Position numbers and translations under genes: made by a program. The notes beneath the pieces were generated by a model. It saw only the letters and a list, made by a program, of their open reading frames with translations, was not told the DNA's origin and searched no databases. Below, piece by piece: positions 24,901-36,900 of a stretch of DNA of 64,000 bases. Numbering within the stretch: position 1 is the stretch's first letter; each line of letters opens with the position of its first letter. This DNA comes from Mobula hypostoma (taxonomy: Eukaryota), in contig NC_086108.1 of assembly GCF_963921235.1 (NCBI RefSeq), positions 4,340,001-4,404,000 on the forward strand. The letters run 5' to 3'.

Positions 24901-27900
24901 TTCTTTTTCTATTTGCAGTTTTTTGGCCCACTGGTTGAATGCCCAGTTACTGGAGACTTTCTTTGATCCTGTTACAGTTTAGTATTCTGTGGATTTATTG
25001 AGAATGCCCACAAGAAAACGAATCTCAGGGTTGTAGATGGTGACACTTATGTAGTTTGACCATAAGTTCACTTTGAACTTTGAGCGTTGTAGATAAAGAT
25101 CGTGAGGCATTGTCGGGGACCTCTTACCACCCGTCCCACAATCTCTCTGACTCACTACCGTCAGGAAACAGGCCTGCGCTGCACAAACGACACACATCTT
25201 GTATTATACTTGAGTAACTTATGTGTGGTAATATTTTGCTTGATGTGCCGTATGTGACAGATGCTTTGTGGGTACACTGTGGTGCAGAGGAACATTCAAT
25301 TGGTTGTATATATGTACAGTCAGATTACAATGACATTGAGACAGCAGGCGCGGTTGTCAGAGGCCTCTGCACTCGAGCGGCCTCTCTCTTTCGATGGTGA
25401 GTGAGAGTCTGTTGGTTCAGAGTCGGGGGAACTCGAATAAGTGATGCTGCAGACTGTAACATCAGAACAGAGAGCTGTTGGCCTCACCCCCCAATGTGGC
25501 AGGAGGGATATCTCTCTCTCCCTCGCTAGTGAGAGAGCGGGCCTGTCTGAGATATTAGGATGGACAGTAGCTTTTGATGGACTCTAGATTGTGGTCTCTG
25601 TGGGCTTTGCCATTGCTCGGGGGTGGGGTTTGGTGCTAATGCAGAAGAAAATTGGGGAGGGGGAGAGGGAGGGTTGATGATTTGGCTATTTGGCTGCTGC
25701 TTGTGCATGGGGGAGGGGGCTTTGGAGTTTGAATGCTTCATTTTTTGGATTTTGTTTTCTGTTTGGTGGATGTCTGTGAAGAATAAGAATTCCAGGTTGT
25801 ATACATTCTCTGATTATTAACTTGAACTTGGAGGTCAAGTCTCAGGAGGAGGCGTGTGGCAATCCCCACTCTATCCCCCCCCCCGCCAATCAACAGAGCA
25901 TCGCAGCTCACAGAGAATCCCACTCACTCCCCAACGCTGGCCGAACGAGGCTCAGTCCTTCTGGCAGGATCCAGAAAGAGTTCCTCTGCTGGCTGACCGA
26001 TCCCTGGCCGAGAGATGTGGCTGCCTCACAGACCCAGGCCTGGAGAAGCCCTGGATTCATCCCCAACCCCCGTGCCAGCCGCAGTGGGGGGAATGCCAAT
26101 CCAAGCCCTTGCTGTCAGGGGCAGCTCTAAGGGAGGGGGTGACTGTGCCAGCGGCTGGGTGGCAACAGGGTCTGAGCAGAGGGTGAAGGCGACGTGCCGA
26201 GGCTGGGCTGACCCAGGCAGGACGTAAAGCACAAGAGGTTCTGCAGACGTTGGAAATATCGAGCAACACACACAGAACGCCAGAGGAACAGAGTGGAGTC
26301 AGTCCACCCGGCCCCTCGAGCCATGCTGTCCCAGCAACTCACAGCCCCGATTAACCCTAACCTAACTACGGGACAACTGACAACGACCAGTTAACCCGGT
26401 ACTGTACGCCTTTGGACTGTAGGAAACCCGGATCAAACCCTTGAATTGATGGGGGGGTGGGGGGACACAGAACTCCAAGCTCTGGAATGCCCCGAGCAGT
26501 ACTAGCATCTCACTTATGTGGCCTCCTGATGGCGAGGTACACAAGGGAGGTGATGGGTAGGCGAGAAGGGGGCCCCTCTCTCCCTCTGTTCCCTCCTCCT
26601 TCCCTGTCTCCCATAGTCTACTCCAGCCCTTTACCCCTTCCACCCATCACCTCCCAGCTTCTCACTTCCCTCCCCCTCACCTGCCAGCTTCTCACTTCAT
26701 TCCCCAGTCCCCCAGCCACCCCTCACCTCCCAGCTTCTCACTTCCCTCCCCCTCACTCACCTCCCAGCCTGTACTCTTCCCCCTCCCCTCCCACCAGCTT
26801 ATTCTGCCTTCTCACATCAAAGTTGCTGGTGAACGCAGCAGGCCAGGCAGCATCTCCAGGAAGAGGTACAGTTGACGTTTCGGGCTGAGACCCTTCGTCA
26901 GGACTAACTGAAGGAAAAGCTAGTAAGAGGTTTGAAAGGATCCCCCTCCCCCTCCCACTTTCAAATCTCTTACTAGCTCTTCCTTCAGTTAGTCCTGACG
27001 AAGGGTCTCAGCCCAAAATAACATCTCTTTATTCCCCTCTGTAGATCCAGCATTCAGTGCGTGTGTTGTTCAAGTAAACAGTGCCACGGAAAACCAACAG
27101 GCCAACCAAACTGGGCCCAGGAGAGTGGGGGGAGCAGTTGACACTGGGGGGGGGTGGGGGAAGAGGCCACCACACATACATACCAAGGGGATAATTGACG
27201 GCTGAAGACATCACCTCCAGGGTGCTCTGGGCCATCTCCGTGATCCTGCGTGCCAGTAATCCGCTATCGGCCGTGGGCGGCACCTTCCCTGTGGAGAGGG
27301 AGAACCAGGTCAAAGAGAGCGGCGGGGAATGGTCTGACGTCAGACTGGACCCCACACGGTGCACCCACCTCCCAGTCTGCATTCCCACCCACCCCCCCCC
27401 CCCGTTTTCTCACTATGACCATCAGGAAGGAGCTGCAGGAGCCTCAGGTCCCACACCACCAGGTTCAGGAACAGTTATTACCCCACAACCATCAGGCTCC
27501 TGAACCAGTGTGGATAACTTCACTCACCACAATGAGCCTCAGGTCCCACACCACCAGATTCAGGAACAGTTATTACCCCACAACCATCAGGCTCCTGAAC
27601 CAGTGTGGATAACTTCACTCACCACAACTCTGAACTGATTCCACAACCTATGGACTCCCTTTCAAGGACTCTACAACTCATGTTCTCGGTATTATTTAAT
27701 TTTTTAAAAAATTATTTGGATGACTTGCCCTCTTTTGCACACTGGTTTTTCATCAATTCTATTGTAATTTTTTATTTTTCGGTAAAATGTCAAAGATATT
27801 CAAAAGTTTGACGGGTCTCTCTCTCCCCCCTCACTCACTGCTGCTGGAGTCTTGCGTCTTGTTCAAGGTTTAATTGATGCAGTTTGTGGATTGGACTCGT

Positions 27901-30900
27901 GGTTTATGTTTAGGTGTTTCTCTTCCTTCTTTTAAAAATATTTTTTCTATTTTGTACTATTTTTAATCTATTTAATATACTTGCTGTAATTGATTTATTT
28001 AATTCTATATTATCATGTATTGCATTGAACTTTTGCTGCTAAGTTAACAAATTTCATGGCACATGCCGGTGATAATAAAGCTGATTCTGATTATTGCTAT
28101 TTTGATTGGGGTGGACTGTCTCTGCGGCCTGCAGTCGATGAACAACACAGTGATAAACTGAACTGAACTGAACATTCCTAGACTGTCTTACGGACTTCGT
28201 GTTTTGATGTTTTGTGATTTTCATTCTTTATTTGCTGATTGTGTGACTTGCTTTTTTTGCGTGAGGGATGTTTGATGGTTTCTTTGAACGGGTTCCACTG
28301 TGTTACTTTGTTTTGTGACTGTCTTGGGGGGGGGGAAGGCGAATCTCAGGGTGGTATTCATACTGATAATAAATGTACTTTGAAAATACATCTCAGGGTT
28401 GTATATGACTCACATGCTTCGATAATGATTTTACTTCGAAAATCTCCCATTAGGAACTACCTTTGCTGCCTGAATCTCCTGCGACAGGAGAGAAGCCTTT
28501 TCTCGCTTCCAAGTAGCTGAGAGAACTGCCGCTCAGACAGCTGACTGTGGTCGGGAGTTTCTCAATGAATTCAGATCAATTAATATGATCAATGGAAGCA
28601 CTTAGAAAGCAGCTCAGGCCATCAGTTAAGTTTTTAACCAGTGCAGGAACAAGGTCCCGTCTGTCACTTTGTGTGGAGTATGTGATTTATGCTCAGGAGC
28701 TGTCAGATGTTCAAGGCCAAGATCAACTGTGCAGAGGTCAAGTCCAGTTAGTGACCAACAACCCCATTGGTGACCTTAACAGGACCATAGATGCAGGAGT
28801 AGGGGTTAGGTCATTCAGTCCATCAAGTCTGCTCTGCCATTCTATCATGGCTGATTTATTTTCCCTCTCAAAGTGCAAAGTAAATTTATTATCAAAGTAC
28901 ATATAGGTCACCATATACAACTGAGATTCATTCATATGTAGTATGCAACCCTGAGATTTGTCTTCCCCACAGACAACCACGAGACAAAAGAACACCAAGG
29001 AATCTGTTCAAAGAAAAACATCAAACCCACCAACCACCAGCCCCCCCCCCAAAAAAACACAAACTAAAAAAACGAGCGAAAACGCAGGATATAAAAAACA
29101 AAATCGAAATCCAGGCATATTCAGTTCAGCTCAGTGTTCTTTATCTGCAGTCCACACTGATCAAACAAAAATCACACAAAATAACTAAAAAGAAAGGAGT
29201 GACCGGGGGGGGGGGGGGGACAATGGTGGTGAGAGGAAAAAAACAGAGACAGCCACACATAAACGCCTCCCCCCCCCCGCCCTTCAGCAGCAGTGAGTGA
29301 GAGGCTGGTAGGCAGCACTGAACACTCACTCGCCTCGATGACTTCAATCTTCATCAGCGCTTTAATTGGTGAGAAATGGAGTCGATCATGCCCTGTCTCC
29401 AGGCTTCTTGGCCTCAAGGCCCCACACTTTGCTCGAAACCTCACCAGACACCATCGGAGACCCAAAAGTGCCAGATCACTCAATCGGCCTTTGAACCTTT
29501 GAAAGCAAGTCCGTTGGTTGTGCGAACATTTCAATGATGAGGCAAGTGAAATAAAACCTATTCTCCTGCCTCCTCTCATATGCATTGATGCCCTTACTAA
29601 TCCAGAACTTATCAACCCCATTGACAGCCATCTGTGACGATAAATTCCATAGATCCGTCACCCTCTGGCTCAAGAAATTCCTAATTTCTGTCCTATGTGG
29701 ACATTCCTCTATCCTGAGGCTGTGCCCTCTGGTCCTAGACTTCCCCCACCATAGGGAACATCCTCTCCACATCCACTCTGTCTAGGCCTTTCAACATTCA
29801 ATAGCTTTCAATGACACCCCCCCCCACACTACTACTACGACGTTGACTCAGGCCTAGAGGGCTGGCGTCAGGCACGATGACGGACTCTCCACTTCTCCCT
29901 CTCCCGTGTGTTCAGTTCATCTACATTAGCCACGCCACTGTCTTCTAGGAGCATGTTGACCATAGTCTTGGGAGGACACCCCCCCCACCCTTCTTCTAAA
30001 CTCCAGTGAGTACAGGCCCACAGCCTTCAAATGCTCCTCACGCATTAACCCTTTCATTGCCGGGACCACAGACGCAGCCTGACCTGCAGCGTTCTGTATG
30101 CAGAGACCAACCCTGACCCTTCACCGGCACCGCTGAGGCTCCAGGTGTTGGAACTTGCCTCTGGTCCCTGCCCTGCCACGCGGATGTTACCTGCGCCATC
30201 ACCCCTGGCTCTGAAGCAGCTGTCGCAGACGCGGACAGCAGCCGTGCCCCAGCCGCGCTCCGGCACGGGCATGCTCTCGCTGGAGCAGGAGTCGCAGCAG
30301 CCTTCCCCGCATGCCCGGCAGTGATGTTTCTGCTCCCCGGGTCCGAACGCCTTCCCACAATGGTGGCATTCCTGCGGTGAAAACCGGGAGAGGTGGGGCT
30401 TCTGTTAGTGGGTAGTCACTGAGGTCCCCAGATCTGCCCGCCTGCCCGCGGTCCGTGGGAGGGAGGAGTGAGGCGTTAGAGGAGCGATCTGGGGGAGGCC
30501 ATCCAGCCCATCGAGTTCATACTAGACAAGAGCGCCAATGGAGCGAACATCACCCATCGCCTGTCCTAGTCCAATTATGAAAACACCATGTGACAATAAC
30601 TTTTCCATTTAACCAAATTTACCAAACTAAAAGTGCCAGTTCTTCCTCCACGTTCTTCAGGGATCAGATATAGAACAGTACAGCACGGGCCCTTCGGCCC
30701 ACAATGTTAACCTACCCCAAGATCAATCTAACTCTTCCCTCTTACATAGCGCTCAGTTTTTCTATCACCCTTGGGCCAAAAAAACCACCTCCCCTGGTTT
30801 CAGGCACCACCACCCTCTTGTAGAAAACTTAGCCCTGACATCCACCCACCCCTACATCTCCTTTGGGGCCGCACGGTAACGTAGTAGTTTACACGACGCT

Positions 30901-33900
30901 TTACAGTGCAGGTGACACGTGCTGACTGTAAGGAGTTTGCACGTTTTCCCGTGACAGCGTGGGTTTCCGCCGGGTGCTCCAGTTTCCTCCCACAGTCCAA
31001 AGACGTACCGGTTGGTAGGTCATTGTAAACTGTCCTGTTTAAACCGGGGGTGGGGGGAGGCCCAGGAGCCGGGAGCTTGAAGGTACGTATTCAACATTTC
31101 AGGTTCAGCTTCCTCCCCTCCACTATCGGATTCCTGAACAGACGGTGAACCAATCCACGATGACGAATGAAGTCACTGCGAGCCTAAGAGTCTATTAAAA
31201 TGTCCCTCACGTACCTGCCTCTACCACCACACCTGGCAGTGTGGTCCACACACCCACCACTCCGGGTGTAAAAACCTACCTCTGACATCTTCCCCCCCCC
31301 CGGCAGTGTGGTCCACACACCCACCACTCCGGGTGTAAAAACCTACCTCTGACATCTTCCCCCCCCCCCCCGGCAGTGTGGTCCACACACCCACCACTCC
31401 GGGTGTAAAAACCTACCTCTGACATCTTCCCCCCCCCCGGCAGTGTGGTCCACACACCCACCATTCCGGGTGTAAAAACCTACCTCTGACATCTTCCCCC
31501 CACCAATCATCTTAAAATCACTACCATTACGTGCCACGTGGGCGATTAAGGTCTTCCCCAGAAGTCTCTGGCTACCCACGTGATCTATGCAGGTATATCC
31601 AATAAAGTTGCCACTGGGTGCAAGTTTTAAATTGTACCTGCAGGAGAGGGAAGGAGGCAGGGCGGGGATATTGTACCTGCAGGAGAGGGAAGGAGGCAGG
31701 GCGGGGATATTGTACCTGCAGGAGAGGGAAGGAGGCTGCACGGGGATATTGTACCTGCAGGAGAGGGAAGGAGGCAGGGCGGGGATATTGTACCTGCAGG
31801 AGAGGGAAGGAGGCTGCACGGGGATATTGTACCTGCAGGAGAGGGAAGGAGGCAGCACGGGGACATTGTACCTGCAGGAGAGGGAAGGAGGCAGCACGGG
31901 GACATTGTACCTGCAGGAGAGGGAAGGAGGCAGGGCGGGGACATTGTACCTGCAGGAGAGGGAAGGAGGCAGGGCGGGGAGGGAGAAGCATCTCGGACAC
32001 TGGAGCACCGGAGTGGGACTTGAACCCTTCACCTCGGGTCTCCAGGACTATCCTCACACCCCCTCCCACCTCTCCGCCCAGCTGGGGAGGGGCCGCACGC
32101 ACTGGACTCACTGTGATCTGGGAATTTGGGATCCAGTAGTCCGGGGCGACGTGGTCAGTCAGCCAGGCCGTAAGCGCCCGCGTGGGGCCACTGCTGTATT
32201 CGCCAACAGATTGGATCACATTGCACACGCTGTCCAGCACCCGCCGAGCTCCATTACTGCTCCCCCTCAGCCACGACTCACACTGCAAGACACAAGGACA
32301 GACACCCGCATTGGTGTGGAGGCTTGTGCAGTCTCAGACCCATAGCAATTCAAAATTTATCATCAAAGGACTCAGTGGCCACTTTATTAGGCACACCTGC
32401 TCGTTAATGCAAATATCTAATCAGCCAATCACATGACAGCAACTCAATGCATAAAAGCATGCAGACATGGTCAAGAGGTTCAGACCAAATATCAGAGTTG
32501 GGGTAGAAATGTGATCCAAGTGATTCTAACTGTGGAATGATTGTTGGTGCCAGACAGGGTGGTTTGAGTATCTCAGAAACTGCTGACCACCTGGGGGGGG
32601 GGCAGATAGAGTGGGGGAAGGGGGCAGAAAGTCCCTGCTTTATCTTTATTCCCCCCCCCCGCCGGAATATTTGCCCCCAGCCTCAGCTCTCGCAGAGCTC
32701 AGGGACACTATCCTCCCCAGCATCCAGGGCATCTTCAAGGAGTGATGCCCTAAGGCGGCGATGCCCATCATGAAGGACCCCCCCCCAATCGCCCAGGACA
32801 TGCCCTCTTCTCATTGTTACCATCAGGGAGGAGGTACAGGAGCCTGAAGACACACACTCAGTGATTCAGGAACAGCTTCTTCCCCTCTGCCATCTGATTT
32901 CTGAATGGACACTGAACCTGTGAACACTACCTCACTTCGTTGTTTTATTATGTATTGTGTACAGTTCTGGTCACCGAATTACAGGAAAGATGTCAATAAA
33001 ATTGAGAGAGTACAGAGGAGATTTACTAGAATGTTGCCTGGGTTTCATCTCCTAAATTACAGAGAAAGGTTGAACAAGTTGGGTCTTTATTCTTTGGAGC
33101 GTAGAAGGTTGAGGGGGGGACTTGATAGAGGTGTTTAAAATTATGAGGGGAATTGACAGAGTTGACGTGGATAGGCTTTTTCCACTGAGAGTGGGGGAGA
33201 TTCAAACAAGAGGACATGAGTTGAGAGTTAAAGGGCAAAAGTTTAGGGGTAACATGAGGGGGAACTTCTTTACTCAGAGAGTGGTAGCTGTGTGGAACGA
33301 GCTTCCAGCAGAAATGGTTGAGGCAGGTTCGATGTTGTCGTTTAAAGTTAAATTGGATAGCTATATGGACAGGAAAGGAATGGAGGGTTATGGGCTGAGT
33401 GCAGGTCGGTGGGACTAGGTGAGAGTAAGAGTTCGGCATGGACTAGAAGGGCTGAATGGCCTGTTTCTGTGCTGTAATTGTTATATGGTTATATTGTTAT
33501 TACAATGCACTGCTGCCACATAACAGCAAACGTCACGACATAAGCCAGTGATATTAAACCCAATTCTGATTTGCATACTTCGATAATATATTTGCTTTAA
33601 GCCTTGAATACTTGTGCGCCTGGTGGTAAGCACAACTTAGACCTTCAGTTCTGAGACCGCAAGGCAATGGAACCGCACTCTGCAGTGAGGCACTGGACTC
33701 ACCCCCAGCCACACGTGCCTCAGCTCAGCACGTACCACCGAGCCCTCCGGGTCTTGGTTCCCAATCCAGTACTGCCGACTGCGATAGATAATCCCACAGT
33801 TTGGACATTCCAGCACGTACCTATGCAGAGACAGAATACTCTGTGTTGTCACGGTGTTCCTTATATTCTTCTTCAGATTTATTTATTTACTTATCAAATG

Positions 33901-36900
33901 TACACTAAAACATAGCCGGATGGTGGTGAAGAGGCATCTGCACTGCACTTCGAGGTGACTGGTCCCGAGTTCGAATCTGGCTGGCTCCTCGCACAATTTC
34001 CACCCGTGCTCTGCGTCGGGTTAGCAACTCGGCCTCACAAAAATCAGACAAAAACGTGAAAGGAACGGCAAGGCTGCTGCCCAACGCGCCACGAGGCGTG
34101 GAGAGGAGCAACGTGGAAACATACAGTCAAGTGTATCGCTTGTGTTAACAACCAGCGCAACCCAAGGGTGAGCTGGGGGCAGGCCGCAAGTGTCGCCACA
34201 CATCCCAGTGCCAACGTAGCCTGCCCACAATGCTCAGCGGACTCTGACAGTGCAGTGGTCACCGAGACGCAGTGCCTCCACCACCCCCCACCCCCCATGG
34301 ACACAGCTCACCTCAACAATCGCACTCAACTCACCCTGACCAGGCATAGCTGGCCAGCCCGAGCCACTGGCCGTCTGTGGAGGCAGAGGTCTTGGGGCTG
34401 ACGGTCACCTCCAGGCCGTGCTTGAAACAGGTCTGGGTGGAGGAAGAGGAAAGAGACCGAGTCAGCAGAGGACCGGGAGGTCCCTGGGGCGACTGACGCC
34501 CAACAGGGCAATCAATGGGTGCTCTAACCCAATGGATGGAAGCAGAGTACAGATCAAAGGGGATTATTTCCCACCGTTCTGAGAGAATATTCTAGATCAC
34601 TGCAATGTGTGACAGTCAACAGTTCACTGTCCCGGCACTTTTCTGGTTCAAAAGGTACATCCAATTTTTTTGCAACATCTAAGATCCCGACCATCTAGGC
34701 CATGCCATCTTCTTGAAGCTACCATCACACAAGTACAGAATGCTGAAGCTCCTCTCCACCAGGTTCAGGAACATCTGGACTCATCTAGACTAGCTGAAAG
34801 CTCCCGAGCAACACACCCAAAATGCCAGACTGAGATGTCGGAACATGAGGAGAATCTTCAAACATTCTCCAAAGGAAAAAGTGCAGGGTTTCCTTGCTTC
34901 TTTTGATTTGCCCACAACACATCAGAAACCCAGCAAAATGATGCTGTGCTGAAGACGGGTCCCAGCCCAAAACGTTGTCCGCTTACTCTTCTCCATAGAT
35001 GCTGCCTGACCTGCTGAGTTCCTCCAGCATTTTGGGTGTGTTACTCTGGATTTCCAGCATCTATTGAATCTTCTTATTCTGGCTTCGTCACCCTTCCTGT
35101 ACATCCTTGGGTTCCTCCAGCATTTTAGATCATACAGTATAGGAGCAGAATTAGACCATTTGGCCTAAAATCTGTTCTACATTTCATCATGGCTGATCCA
35201 TTTCTCTCTCAGCCCCATTCTCCTGCCTTCTCCCTGTATCCCTTCATGCCCTGACTAACCCCTGCCTTAAATATACCCAATGACTTGGCCTCCACAGACA
35301 TCTATGCAATAAATTCCACAGATTCACCACTCTCCGGCTAAAGAAATTCACCACACCTAAATGGACGTCCTTCTATTTTGAGGCTGTATCCTCTGGTCCT
35401 AGACTCCCCCACCACAGGAAATCTCCTCTCCACATCCACTCTATCTGTGTCCTCTGGTCCTAGACTCCCGCACCACAGGAAATCTCCTCTCCACATCCAC
35501 GTTGAGGCCTTTCAGCATTTGATAGGTTTCATTTAAGAACCCCTCCCGCCCCCCAATTCTTCTGAACTCCAAGCAGTACAGACCCACAGCCATCAGACTT
35601 TCTTCATATGACAAGCCATTCTCGTGAACCTCCTCTGAACCCTTTTCAATGTCAGCACATCCTTTCTAATGGGCCCAAAATTGCTCACAATACTCCAAAT
35701 GAGGCCTCACCAGTGATTTATAAAGTCTCAACATTACATCCTTGCTTTTCTATTCTAGTCCTCTTGAAATGAACGTTAACATTGCATTTGCCTTCCTCAC
35801 CACCGACTCAACCTGCAAATTAACCTTTAGGGAATCCTGCACAAGGATTTTCAAGTCTCTTTGCACCTCAGATTTTTGAATGTTCTCTTTATTTAGAAAA
35901 TAGTCTACACTTTTATTTCTTTTACCAAAGTGCATGACCATATACTTCCCAACACGGTATTCCATCTGCCACTTCTTTGCCTATTCTCCTAATCAGTTTA
36001 AGTCTTACTGCCGCCTCCCTGTTTCCTCAACACTACCTGTCCCTCCACCTACCTTTATATAATCTGGCAAACTTGGCCACAAAGCCATCAATTCCATCAT
36101 CCAAATCATTGACATGAAACATAGAAAGAATTAGTCCCAACAACAGACCCGTGTGGAACATCACTCATCACCGGCAGCCAACTAGAAAAGGCTCCCTTCA
36201 TTCCCAATCTTTGCTTTCTGCCAATCAGCCAATGCTCTATCCATGCTCTTTCCTGTAATACCACGGGCTCTTATCTTGTTAAGTAGCCTTATGTATGTCA
36301 CCTTGTCAAAGGCCTTCTGAAAATCCAAATACACATCCACTGATTTTCCTTTGTCTATCCTGCTTGTTATTTCTTCAAAGAATTCCAACAGATTGCTCAG
36401 CAAGATTTTCCCTTAAGAAAACCATGCTAACTACGGCCTATTTTATCATGTGCCTCCAAGTACTCCAAAAGCACATCCTTAACAATCAACTCCAATTCTC
36501 CATTCTTGAGGAGTGGAATGACATTTGCAAATTTCCACACTTCCAGAAGCATGCCAGAATCTATTGATTCTTGATCATTACTAATGCCTCCAAAAATCTC
36601 TTCAGCCACTTCTTTCGGAACCCTGGGGTGTGCACCATCTTGTCCAGATGACTTATCTACCATCAGACCTTTCAGTTTCCCTAGCACCTTCTTCTCATTA
36701 ATGGCAACCTCACTCTCTTCTGTGTGCTTACACTCTTGAACTTCTGGCATACTGCTAGTGTCTTCCACAGTGAAGACTGATGCAAAATACCTACTCCATT
36801 CATCCACCATTTCCTTGTCCCCTATTACTACCTCTCCAGCAGAGTTTTCCAGTGGTCCGATATCTACTCTCCCCTCTCTTTTACTCTTTATGTATCTGAA

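Noticed and set aside
31587..32345. 252-aa + strand ORF with LYLQEREGG repeats
   Set aside because: It is an antisense read of exon 8 plus the stop-free 39-bp minisatellite, with no independent coding evidence.
31590..32592. Tc1 TIR-like pieces on both sides of exon 8, suggesting exon capture
   Set aside because: The two pieces face outward rather than enclosing the exon, and exon 8 is colinear with the rest of the gene.
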